This document shows, in pieces, positions 12,423 to 23,971 of a stretch of 64,000 nucleotides of DNA (its first letter is position 1; every line of letters begins with the position of its first letter). The position numbers were made by a program, and so were the translations under genes. The notes under the pieces are model-generated. The model had not been told where the DNA came from, did no database searches, and saw only the letters and a program-made list of their open reading frames with translations. Where the stretch lies: NCBI GenBank assembly GCA_977018835.1, contig OZ361259.1, forward strand, positions 2,604,001 through 2,668,000, given 5' to 3'. Source of the stretch: Minutocellus sp. GHC0000111 (taxonomy: Eukaryota).

Positions 12423-12918
12423 GCTATTGGCTGTAGTTAGAGCAAAGGTAGGTAGGTGGATGGGTTATCGTTAGCGATCAATCGAGCCATACATCGTGCG
12501 TGTCACGCCGGATTCGAATTCAACCTTTTTGAGCAAAAATGACACAAGATGCGTCACGAAAAGAAACCCAAACGTATAACTGCCACCACACTCACCGTTC
12601 TCTTCGCTCATTGCTGCTCTCCTTGGTAGGAATATGCAATCGTATTGTTTGGCTTGATTGTAGTAGGGTTGGTATCGTCTCTCTTTGGGAGATTTGACTT
12701 TGGTTTTGTGCGTGTTCGGGTTTGGCGGGTTCCGCCAACTCGCCGAAAGTCGTTGCATTGATTTGAGTCGAACGAGTCGAGTCCCCTGAGAAACTGGCGA
12801 AAATGGCGGCGATTGCTGTTCTTTACGTAGCGATTGAGTTGGATGGAACCAAGCCGAAAGCACATCGTCCTCTCCTTACTTTCGGCACTTGCCCTTACGT
12901 GTAGCCGTCGCAGCCAAA

Positions 12919-13413
12919 ATGGGCCTTATTGGAAGAAATAGTTCGTCCTCCGACGATTCCAACGCAGCCGAGGAAGGCGAGGTGTCCGGCGCTGCCGTGG
13001 CAGGTGGCATTGCCGCCGCCGCTGTGGCCGGTCCGGTAGTAGGCGTGGCCGCCGCGGGTGTTGCGGCATGTGCCGCCCAAACGAACGACGGGGAGATCGG
13101 CGACGTGGCCCGAGCGGCCGGTGCCGTCGTGGCGCATGCCGGCCAGGAGGCCAAGGAACTCAACCAAAGGCATCACTTCACCGATCGGGCCAGGGTGGCC
13201 GCCTCGGCGGCGCTCGAGACGGCGCGGGATGCCGACGAACGGCATCGCATCGTGGAGCGGGCCAAGACCGCCGGTGCTCAGGCCTACCGGCAGGTGGTCA
13301 AGTTCGAGAACGACCATCACGTGCTGCAGACGTTGCGGCAGCGAACGGTCGATGGGATGAAAATCATTGGCAGCAAGTTGGTCGAATGCAGCAAGAGGGA
13401 TACGACTGTGTGA
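12919..13413 (+). CDS. Hypothetical Ala/Gly-rich protein (glycine-zipper-like hydrophobic hairpin followed by helical region)
   Basis: High-GC3 ORF from ATG 12919; GAAVAGGIAAAAVAGPVVGVAAAGVAA...GEIGDVARAAG. Confidence 0.65.
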   Translation: MGLIGRNSSSSDDSNAAEEGEVSGAAVAGGIAAAAVAGPVVGVAAAGVAACAAQTNDGEIGDVARAAGAVVAHAGQEAKELNQRHHFTDRARVAASAALETARDADERHRIVERAKTAGAQAYRQVVKFENDHHVLQTLRQRTVDGMKIIGSKLVECSKRDTTV

Positions 13414-14342
13414 TGATGAGTTTTGTGTAGTTGAGCCGCATCATCAGCGCAACAATGGGTCTTTTGCGCTCTCGGCATATGCTAGTCCACATACATGTGC
13501 ATTGCAATTCATTTGCAAATGTTTTCGGGGACCCGTACGTACTTACTTGTATGTATCGAACATGTATGTAGAATGAAGACTCATCGAGTGAGCGAACTTC
13601 AGCTTCAGTAAAAGCTAATCTTAACGCCATGACCAATGTTTCTTTATGAGTAGATCTAGCCACGTTTCATACACTGATATGCATTTCATTGCTTTGAGAA
13701 GAGTACACGCGTGCAAAAGTGCAATCGTAGTTGTTACTGATTAAGTGCTTAAAGATAAAAGTTTTTCCAAAGAGGGAAACGGCAAGTGGAAAGAATTGAA
13801 TGAATAGATCTAGTCTAGCTAGTAGTACACACATGGATAACAATTTTCTACAGAGACGTTTACAGGATCGACATAACAGGCGATGAGAAGTAGAAATAGT
13901 AGAACAAGCAAAGCCAGTCGTAAATTATTACTCACAGCACCGTTCAGGTCCACTTCTAAAACCTCTTCACAGATCGTAGTAACCATGTCCTCGACTCGAA
14001 TGACGAGCCGAGAATCCGTCACTCTCATGTACATACACGATAAATGTCTACGTAGATTTTGTTTTATTTATGCATATTGTCCCTACCTCTAGGTACCTCT
14101 TCAAGATAAAAACTCGATAAACCTTTACGTAGATTCTTTTTATATATTTATATCAAATATTTCAATTGTTGTTCGTACGACAGGAGACTGGGGGCGGAGC
14201 CATGAGCTCAATTTTTTGTAAGTAAAAAGGCATCGATGTATCTGGCATCACAGTACTGCTCTGTTACCATACTAGCTAGCATCAGTGCATTCGGAAGAAC
14301 GACGAGAGGGACCTTTCGTGGCACCTCTCGTTCCACTGAGCG

Positions 14343-15098
14343 TCAGGCTGTCGTGGTGATTAAGCCAAGAGCCCAGCGAATAATTTGGTGCATCTTGATC
14401 GTCTTCCTGTTGCTGCTGCAGAGGATTGACTGCGCTGGGGGCGTGAATGCCACCGGCGCCTCTTGAGGGTGTTGGCCTTGTTGATCCTTCCTCGATTGTT
14501 GTAGCAGTGTTGTCAGCAGCAGTATGTGCTTGGCTTGTGCCCAAGTCGATGGCGATCGATTTCTGTAGAACTTCAAGTACTGCTGCTCGGTAAGAGTGTC
14601 AGTGGTAGTGGTTGATTTTCTGTCGGCAAGCACAAAGGCTTCGTCGGAGGCGGCACGCGCGAGGGCGTCCTGCCTGGCCTGCCTGGCGTGGACCATGTAG
14701 ACCTTGGCAATGGCCCGGCCGTCGATGGCCCTTCCCAACGTGGCCTGGCGCTCCTGCTCCCGGAAGACGGCCTCGATGGCGCCATCCTTGAGGTGGACCA
14801 GCTGCTGGAGAACCTCTCGGCTCTGGAGATGCTCGATGCCGCGGAGGGTCGTTTCGTCCTCGTTCGGAGACGGCGGTGGGATGTTGCCGCCATCCCCGTT
14901 GATGAGGATGGCACAAGCGCGAGCTTTCCGAACGTCCTTTTTGATGCCCCGGCGAATTCGATTGTAGTCCTCGTCGGTCAGCCAGCAATTGCTGCTGCTG
15001 CCGTTAGCGGTGCTCTCGCCGTCGACGACGGCGCCATCGCGATGATGGGGGCGCCCAATGGCAGAGTTGGATGGATCGAATCGAACTTGTTTCGCCAT
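14343..15098 (-). CDS. Hypothetical protein of a widespread diatom family (VRF...WL...RGIE...AVF.EQ.RQ...A..D); 3' end uncertain
   Basis: MAKQVRF...CWLTDEDYNRIR...LRGIEHL...AVFREQERQ...IAKVY...ARQDALARAASD; strong GC3 bias in the core. Confidence 0.6.
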   Translation of the reverse strand: MAKQVRFDPSNSAIGRPHHRDGAVVDGESTANGSSSNCWLTDEDYNRIRRGIKKDVRKARACAILINGDGGNIPPPSPNEDETTLRGIEHLQSREVLQQLVHLKDGAIEAVFREQERQATLGRAIDGRAIAKVYMVHARQARQDALARAASDEAFVLADRKSTTTTDTLTEQQYLKFYRNRSPSTWAQAKHILLLTTLLQQSRKDQQGQHPQEAPVAFTPPAQSILCSSNRKTIKMHQIIRWALGLITTTA

Positions 15099-15898
15099 GG
15101 TTCTGGATGGGATTACTACTATGCGATTGTATTATTTATGAGGGTTATGATCAAGCAAGAGAGAACTGATATGATCACTGCTCACACCCTACCCGAGCAC
15201 CCGCAACGCCATTTTCGTTTTTGGAAAGCCTCAATATGAAGGCTTATGTCTTCCTTTTTTATGCTCTATGGCCTGGCTCATGCGCTTTGTGCTGTACGAG
15301 GGCGTCCGATTTTTTTTCAAACGCAATAAAAGTTGTTTTGCGAGACCTTTTCATTCAGATGCCAATCATTCCATTTCATCAGAGATTCATTCAGATGCAA
15401 AGCAATCATTCAGATGCCTTCGAATGTCTGTACACAAAAAGAAAATGGTGTATTTCTGAAGATTTAAAAAGCAAGATGACATAAAGAGGTCTTTGAGGTC
15501 CCACTTTCAGGTTTTCGCTTTTGGCCTTTCCGACTTTCGATTAGCAACGGGTTGTTCCCACCATGCAAGGTCACCCTTTTTGTACCTCCCCGCCAGCTCA
15601 GCACTGCTTCCGGGATACGTACGTACGTACACGTAGGGATTAACATCTCCCGGTCTCCATCCAGCCGTGCCAGCCGTCCAGTCTCCATCCAGCCATCCAG
15701 CCGTTGTCCAGCTCCAGCCGTCGCCACATGATGCCTGCCGCCATACGTGTAGTAAGACCCATCCTGTTCCAGACGTACTAGCACCAACCCAAACCTTTAG
15801 CGACCGAAAGTACCACCCGCAGCAGCCGGCTTGTAGATAAATCTACGTCGCAAAAACACATCAATCCAAAATACCGCACACGCTTCTTTCAATCTGCG

Positions 15899-18800
15899 AT
15901 CGGCCGCGAGACCGCGGCAGGGCAGACGCGAGGGCGGGACGACCACCTGTACCGGCCGTCGTCGTTTGCTCGCTTCCATCGCCACCGCCAACGCGACGGA
16001 GACGGCGAGGGAGGCAGCAGCGGGGGAGACACGTCGTCCGACGACGACATTCAGTTCGTCCAGGGCGGAGGCCGAGGCGGAGGCAGAGCCGGACGACGGG
16101 CCGGGAGGGACAGGAAGGACGAGGCCATCTACGGCGTCTTTGCGTCGGGCGGCGGCGGCGGTGACGACGATGCCGGCTCCGGGCGGAGGAAGAGGAGGCG
16201 GACTGCCGCTACTGGCAGTACTGATGGCGCTGTATCGTTCGTCCGGTCCAGTCAGAGCGAGGGCACGTCCAGTGCCAAGGGAGCAGAAGCAGAGGCTGGA
16301 GATACCGGCAAAGCGACAACAAGTGCTTCAAAGCAACGTCAAGAAGAGGAGGAGGAGGCCGAGCGGAAGCGCCGAAAGGAGGAGATGGAGGCATCCAACG
16401 CCCAATTCCAGGCTTTGTTGGAGCGGGGGCGGCGGCGGAATGTCAAGAACCGTGCACGTGCCTCTTCGTCTGGTAGTGGTATCGGGAAGTCTTCGCGGCA
16501 GCAGCAGCCCGAAGCGGGACAAGGCATGGCAAAGAATCAAGAAAACAATATCACACCGAGTCTTGGTCTGGGTGCTGCTGGTGCTGCGGGTGGCCTCGGC
16601 CTCGGTGCGGCCAGTGCTCCAGAGAGCAATGGCAATGAGGAGGGCACCGCCAGCGGCAATACCGCCGGTGTGCCCTCCCTGTCGTCCTTCATCTCGTCCT
16701 CCTCGTCGGCGGCGGCCGGACTGGGACTTGGCGCAACTTCCTCCACCGCCGCTACCAGCAAGCGAAGGCGCGATCCCAATCTGGGCACGTGGGAGAAGCA
16801 CACCAAGGGCATCGGCATGAAGCTCCTGACCAAGATGGGATACTCCGGCAGCGGTGGACTTGGGGCCAAGAGGGTCCGGAAGAAGGCTGCGGCTGCTTCT
16901 GCGGATACGGCTACGGCTGCCACATCGGCTGCGGCCGCTTCCAACCAAGCACAGCAGCAGCAGCAACAACAACAGACCGCGGCGGCAGTAGACGGAAGCA
17001 ACAACATGGCCACATCTACCGCCGTCCCGGGATCGGAAGAAACCGAGGTGGTCCATCGGAAGGGCATATCCCGCGCCATCGAGGTGGTGGTCCGGCCGCA
17101 GAACTTGGGCCTTGGCTTTGGCAACTTCGTCGAGCAGTCCCAGCTTCGGGTGAACCGCCAAATCGAGGCCGAGGTGCGGGGCATCGACGTCCAGAAGCAG
17201 GAGGAGGAGGAACGGAGGCGCAAACTGGAGAGGGAGGGGATTGTCGGCGGCGGCGGCGGCGGCGCCGATGATGATGATGATTTGGCCGCCATGATGGGCA
17301 TTCCCAAATCGCTCTTGCCCAGCACCCAGGCGCTCATGTCCGAGGGCGGTTGGAGAAAGGGAGGGTCGAGCAGGAACGGCCGTGATCGTCCCGGCAGTGC
17401 CGCTGATAAAAAGAAACGAAAGGAGCGCAAATTTGTTTCGTACCAGGATATTGTCCAAGGCGAGGCAGCAAGAGGAGGAGAGCAAAAGGTCATTGATATG
17501 CGCGGACCAGCAGCTGCTGCGTTGGCGACATCTGTTGGCGGTGCAAGTGGCGGTAGGCCTCCCACTTCCGACGGCGGGAAAGTTCCTCTCGGCGAAGAGC
17601 TGCTGCACAACGTCACTCTTCTTCTCAACACGTACGAAGATAAGGTCCGTTCCGCCTCTCAATTTGTCAAGTCCAATCAGAGAAAAGTGGAATCACTGAA
17701 ATCTGAACTTTCCGAGACCGAGCAGCGGCTAGATGATGCGAAGGCCCGTATTATCAAGTTGGAGAAGGTTTTGGATATTTTTGATCGCATGGAACGACTC
17801 CATAGCGACGAGACGCAAGGCAGTACAGTAGAACAAGCAGCTTCACTGATTGCTGAGTTGAGTCGAAATTTCACCAAAGATGAAAGGCAATCTCTTCGAT
17901 TTTATTCTGATATCATCCCGGCCCTCCTCGCACCTATTGCTGAGAAGAAGCTATCGTCGTGGAAACCCTTGACAAAGAGCACTGCTAGAGAGTCTGAGCT
18001 TATCATGTCATCGGTAGTGGTTGACCTATGTTCCGCAGTGGCCACCGTTTCCGACAGTGAACTTAAAGGCGATAACATCTGGTGTACCAAGCGTGGACTG
18101 TTCACCGCACATATTCTTCCTCGAATCAAGAGGGCGTATCAATCTACAAGGTGGGACCCGATTGGCGACATCGACGATGGCCTTGCACTATACGAAGCTG
18201 TGCTTCGCGTTGCCAAGGATGCGTCACCTCCTACGCAGCTTCCGTCTAATCCTGAAAATGACGAAGACATCTTGCTTGAGCAGCCATTTGCTTCTTTCGG
18301 AGACGATGTTTCAAAGGATTTGGTTTCTGTGGTCAGCGACGGTATCATGCACGACATTATCTTTCCCAAAATATCCCGTTGTCTATCGCAGTACAAGCCG
18401 TCTCCGTCCCTTCTTGACAACGAGACCGGTAAAATCCAGACGATAGCCCCCCATTTCTGGCTGCAGCCCTGGTTGCCTCATCTGGACTACAGATCAATGC
18501 TTTCGACCCTATTGCCGGATATCAGACGGAAGCTACGAAGTATAATGTCATATCTGTCGAAAACTTATGGCCCGGGAAAAGAAGAACTATTTTTCGCAGT
18601 TTCTACCGACATGTTGAGACCCTGGCGGCCTATTTTGGATGTTCAGGTAATGCAGTCGATTTCATCTGATTCATTGTCTCCTCGCCTCGGACGCTACCTG
18701 TCTCGGATTCAGATAGCCACTTCGGTGAAAGATCAGGACTGGAAAGGCATCGAAACTCTTGAGCGTATGCACGATAATGGTTTGCTTTCCGATAGAGACC

Positions 18801-19467
18801 TTTTAAGCCTTGTCGAAGGAGAGGTACTTTATCGTCGTGGGCAGAGTATTTGCACTCGTGGCTGTCTACCAAGGATTGCAACCTGAAGGATGTTGCGTCT
18901 TTCTATGCGGAGTGGAAATGCAAAATATTTTCGTCTTCCTCCAATTCATCGCCTAAGGTTTCTACCAGCAAACCCTCTCCTTCATCTGCAATTGCCGAAG
19001 ACCCCATGATTTGCCGTTACTTTTATGCGGGCTTACGAATGATTGACGCAGTAGTCCGAAAAGATACCGATGCTCTTGAAGATCTCACGCCCCCACCAAG
19101 CATTGAAACTAACTTCCAGTCCGTTCTCGCTCGAAGGGCCAAGGAAGATCGCCTCAGAGCGGAAGCGGCAATGCGCGCCAAGATTGCCGCTGAGCAATCC
19201 GCTCTCTTTCATCATGGAGACCAGCCCTTCGATCACCAGGGTAATGGCGGAGTTGCCACTTTCCGCGAGGTCGTTGAAGACTTTGCAAGGCGGAATGATA
19301 TTGATTTTGCACCTAAATTTGGGGCCAATTCCACCAAGGATGGAAAACAGATATTTTCATTTGGTGGTGTATCTGTATACTTTGACTATAACATTGTCTT
19401 TGCCCAACGTGCTTCCTCGTGGCACCCGACCTCGTTGGAGGACCTCGCTTTGGTTGCCAACTCATAG
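15899..19467 (+). CDS. TFIP11: Tuftelin-interacting protein 11 / Ntr1 (TIP_N + G-patch + GCFC) spliceosome disassembly factor; frameshift at ~18830
   Basis: G-patch WEKHTKGIGMKLLTKMGYSGSGGLG...GI...RPQNLGLG; ELLHNV; HFWLQPWLP; C-terminal FREVVEDFA...DGKQIFSFG in ORF 18850-19467; TIP_N motif EAIYGVF is in frame upstream of the first ATG (16385). Confidence 0.85.
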
Positions 19468-19763
19468 TTTACTGAAATGCCAGTACCAGTACCAGGTACA
19501 TAGCATAGCTAGCTGGGTGGGAACTACGTAGTAACATCGAGTAAATCCTTAGTAGTAGCCAAGGACGCCGAAGAGCTTATGCCAATTTCTTTGTAACAAT
19601 AAACCCACATTTAAAAAAATTGTTATAACATTATTGCTACTACGTCATGCTGCCGCTCGGGGTATACCGTCTACTATTCCTCTACAGTATCAAGACAGGC
19701 TAGATCCACTGCGTAGTAAATGATTCGATGGATAGAGAAGCTGCCGCCAACGCCTTGCACGCG

Positions 19764-21236
19764 TCAATTTTGCTTCGGTTGGATGTTCCTCTCGGCCAAA
19801 GTCTGAAGGAGAAGCGCGATCGCATCGGCATTCGGTGCTCCCTGCACTCCCTGCGGAATATTTTGGATATTTGAGGTGCCCGGAGCGGCGGCGGCATTGG
19901 CAGGAGGCGCTGGGGCCGGTACCGACGGGGGCTGGGGTGGAGAAAGGACACTGGCAACCTGGCGCTGCTGACTCAAAATCGCCTGCACCACCTGCGCACT
20001 TGGCAGAGGGCCGGGTACTTGCCGAGGCATCTGCTGTTGCTGTTGTCCTTGCCGGAGTTGTCCGAGTAAAGTAAGGACAATGCCAGGATCAATGGCAGGC
20101 GGGGCCGCACGCGTGGGTGAAGGAAGGGCGCCGGTACCTTGATATGTAGATGGGGGAGCGCCACCTCCTCCTCCTCCCGTCTGCAAGAGTTGTGCTAGAG
20201 CAGCCGCCTGGAGCTGTTGCTGGGCTAAAAGCGCACGAAGGAGGACGTCGGCATCGGCTGTATTGACCGCATTGAGAGCGGGCAGCTGCGGCTGCTGCAG
20301 TTGGCGCAGCATGTTGTTGTTGCTTGCGACGCTACCGGGGGCACCACCTCCCCCGAGCAAGCTCGAAGCTAATACCGAGAGAAGCTGCTGGTTGTTTGCG
20401 CCTGTAGTATTACCAACGCCGCCAGTAGGTGCGCCCCCTACAAAGGCGGCCTGACGAGGTATACCAGCGGGAGGTGCAATAGCAGTGCCGGGGATTGTTG
20501 CAGCCGAAGAAGGCTGGGCCGGAAGCATTGAGTATCCGCTCGGATTGTGTGATGACTTGAGACGCTTGCGATCATTGTCATCTCCGGATCGCGACGAAGA
20601 AGACGACGAAGACGACGCCGCAGAAGAGGAAGAGGATGACGACGAAGACGAGCGCTTCCGATGATCAGCACCCCTCGGTTCACCACCCTTCTTCTTCTGC
20701 CGAAGTGTCATCTTGATCTTGTCGAGAGTGCGCTTGGTTCCGGCCACCTGCCAATTGCACTGGTCGGTGGAGAAGCCGGCCTTCTAGGCGACGTCGGCAT
20801 CGGCCTGCTCGAGGAATCGTCCCGGCGGTGCGGTCTCCAGTTTAGTAGTGCCAGTACTATCGGTGATAGCCAGAGACGACCCCCTGCCATTAAGGACGGC
20901 GTCGAGGATCTCCTGTGCGATGGCGTTCTTGATCTTGATCTTGCAGCGGCGGCTGTTGTACTCCCGTCGGCGTTCCTTGACGATCTTTCGGAAGCGGACG
21001 TTGCCCTCCCACTGGGCGTGCTGGCTGCCCCGGCCGAGGAGAATGTCGGTAGGCTTAATCTCGTCGTTGGGAATGATAATCGGCATGTCGGTCATGGCTG
21101 TGGTGGTGGTGGTGCCGTGAATGGCGTTTGCAACAGTCGTTTCGCCTCCTCCTCCTCCTTCTGATTCTTTACCAGCTGCAGCAGCATCGGCGGCGGTGGC
21201 GACAGAGGCACCGACGACGATCCCGTCGCGATCCAT
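19764..21236 (-). pseudogene. DUF6824-type protein with Gln/Ala/Pro-rich tail, interrupted by an in-frame TAG (20784-20786)
   Basis: DILLGRG...GNVRFR.IV...Y...K..IA.EI...V...GRFL then VA*KAG...WQVA...DKIKMTLRQ; ORFs 20784-21260 and 19764-20747 are in the same frame. Confidence 0.7.
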
Positions 21237-21649
21237 TGGATTGGTCACAGAGAATAACAACCGGCCTCAGGTTGAAAAACGTGAAAATGAAAAAACAGGC
21301 CATGCCATCCCATCACAAAGCAGAAACGTCAAAAAAGCAAAACGCAAAATTATTGTCCTGTGCACTTTAATGTAAAAGATGGTTCATGAGTGGTAAAATT
21401 TGTCACTTCAATGTGTGACACAGGCTATTTTGACCCCTGTGACGTGGTCGCGGGACCTCATTGAGTTTGGCCGGCCGCCCAAAGGCCACCATTGGTGCGC
21501 CACGCAAAACATCCAGTGCAACGATTTTCTTTCGTTTTTGTCATCTTCCGATTCCGTTTTTTAGGCGTCTGGCCGTCGTCAAATCCCCCTTTTCCTGTTT
21601 CGCGCTTTCGCAGGCGCTCTCCCGCCCGTCGAAAGCTCACTTCCTCCCC

Positions 21650-22785
21650 ATGAGCGCGGAGGAGCTACATCCCTTGGAGCATGGTACGTTGGAAAGCGGC
21701 AGATGGACCGACCGCGGCCGCATTGCCGATGCATGAGCTTATATGCTGGTATGGAGACAGACGGCGCAAACGCTGGAGGGTGGACCCCCACCCCCCGCCG
21801 TTGGCGTTATCGTTTTACTGAGTTTTCCTCCCCAGTTTCCCCCGGATCACGTAGGAATGTACCGGAGGTCCCGTAGGGAAAATCCCCCCAATGACTGAAG
21901 AATGCCGATGCAGGCTGCCGGTGAATGTATTGCCAGTTCCTCTCGACCCTTGCTTCGGGCCGCGCGGCGGGCCATGTATGCTTGCCGCTATTCCTCATAA
22001 TATTTTTCCTTTTTCCTTAGTCTGACCCAGTATCTTCTGCCTTGTTGTTTGCTTTCGTCTCTCTTTTTACCGAAACAAAAACAAATGATAACCGCTTCAT
22101 ATTTTTTGCCTCGTGCTTGACCCTGACCCGGAACATGTTCATTGTTCATTGATTCGGCTGTGCCAATGTGTTGCACAATAACATTTATACCTTGCGGCGA
22201 ATCGATTCCTAAACAGAATGGGTGCTCTGGGAGCACGCCGGCGGGGGCGGCCGAAACCCCAACGCGTGGAAAGAGAACATGAAGGAGCTCTGCGCCTTCA
22301 GCACAGTGGAGGATTTCTGGAGGTACTTCAATCACATTCCCAAGCCGGCCGAGATCTTTTACGACGGAGACACGCACAAGAGGCTCGGCCCGGACAACAA
22401 GAAGGTGGAGGAGTACAGCCTGTTTAAGAAGGGGATCGAGCCGGAGTGGGGAGATCCGGCCAACGCGACGGGAGGGGAGTGGTTCTGCCGCCAGTTCTTC
22501 GAGGGAGAAGTTCTTAACCTTTGCTGGCAGAACCTCGTCCTCGGAGTTGTCGGCGAGACCATCGAGGACGCCGTCGACGGCGGGGACGGACTGAGGAACT
22601 ACATCAACGGCTGCCGTGTCGTGGACAAGGGGAAGAACTTTCCCATGTTCCGCCTCGAGCTGTGGATCAGTACCAAGGATGCTGCGATCAAGGAGAAGAT
22701 CCGTGACCGCATGATGGAGATGGTGACCGAGGGCGTTCCTCCCTCGAAGAAGGGGCCGAAGTTTGATTGGAAGGATCACAGCTAA
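21650..22785 (+). CDS. eIF4E: Eukaryotic translation initiation factor 4E (two exons: 21650-21683, 22217-22785)
   Basis: MSAEELHPLEH|EWVLW joined by a GTACGT...AACAG intron (21684-22216); VEDFW, FKKGIEPEW, GGEW, RLELW motifs. Confidence 0.95.
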
Positions 22786-23065
22786 GGTTCTAACTAAGGA
22801 ACAAATAAATAAACCAAATACACACTTAAGCGAGCGTGATACCGAAATAGTTGTGTTTTGTTACATGTACCGCTATTGTTGGGTTGCGGAACGGTGGCAG
22901 GCACACAGCTGTGCCAATAGACACATACCGATACAGACTCATCATCCATTTCACCCTGAGATATATCGTTCACCTGATGCCCCCTGGATGATGACCGGCG
23001 GTGCAGTTGCATCACTGCTCATGTTGGCACTCCGTGAAAAGGACACCCGGACACTTTCAGATCGA

Positions 23066-23270
23066 AAAGTGGCATCAACGCGATCAAGCAACGCGTCATC
23101 GTCAAAACAGATCTTTGCATCAACCAATCAAAGTACCGGCACCAAAGATACCGGTACTTACTTGCAGTCTTCCACCCAAAGTGGCATCAACGCGTAAAAG
23201 CAAGAAGATCTTGGCATCAACCCATCAAAGCACCGGCATCAAAGATACTTTCTTGAAGTCTTCAACCCGC
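23066..23270. repeat. Degenerate tandem duplication (~110 and ~92 bp units) upstream of the gene at 23284
   Basis: aaagtggcatcaacgcg...agatcttNgcatcaaccNatcaaagNaccggcaNcaaagatac...agtcttc occurs twice. Confidence 0.8.
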
Positions 23271-23283
23271 CCTTCTATTCAAC

Positions 23284-23655
23284 ATGCTGCAGTCAAAGTC
23301 ACTTATCCTCACTTTCTTCATCTCGGCGTCCCAGGCGTTTGTGCCAGCGCCTCGCCTTTCATCGCCCCCTTCCGTTGGTCTTCAATCGACGCATGCTCAC
23401 GCGCCTGAGCTGAATCCCGTCGATGAAATGTGTATGGAGAATGTGGCCGAGTTCTGCCTTCACGAACAGTGCGACGTCGAAGAGTACGAGGCGCTTGTCA
23501 ACCAACTTGAGGATCAACGGGATTATATGATCAATCATTTGGCTAAGGTTGAGACCCTCCTCAGACACCTCAAGGATGCAAATCATCCCGAGCACGATCC
23601 TCAAGAAGTCTCGGAATTATTTGACACCATCAAGACAACTCTTGCCAAGCCCTGA
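23284..23655 (+). CDS. Small plastid-targeted hypothetical protein with three Cys and a coiled-coil
   Basis: Signal peptide + ASQA-FVP cleavage motif + Ser/Pro-rich transit peptide; 123 aa. Confidence 0.75.
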   Translation: MLQSKSLILTFFISASQAFVPAPRLSSPPSVGLQSTHAHAPELNPVDEMCMENVAEFCLHEQCDVEEYEALVNQLEDQRDYMINHLAKVETLLRHLKDANHPEHDPQEVSELFDTIKTTLAKP

Positions 23656-23971
23656 GCGCAAGGGCAACATTTGCTGAGTGCATGATGTTGAGCGCGCTCA
23701 ATTCATTGTTGAATACAGATTCTTGAAAGAGAGAATACCCTCCGAGAGATAATGTACTCGGATTCCATGAGAGGGAGAACAAGATTGCTTTGGGCAAATT
23801 TATGCGATGCACAATGAGCCGTGGCTCGCATGTCTATTATATATTGCGTTCTTCAAGCCAAGTACTCTAAACATCGTTCTCTAAATCTCTTAAATATATT
23901 TTCTATGAAACCAAATGATAATGATTCAACAGGTAGCCTTATCTCCGAATATTATCGAAATGCATCATGAT

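Noticed and set aside
15612..15630. Solo-LTR fragment (18-bp match gggatacgtacgtacgta to the LTR)
   Set aside because: The match is almost entirely low-complexity (TACG)n with no flanking similarity
21684..22216. Intronic snoRNA in the long (533 bp) eIF4E intron
   Set aside because: No convincing C/D or H/ACA box pair with a terminal stem found by eye
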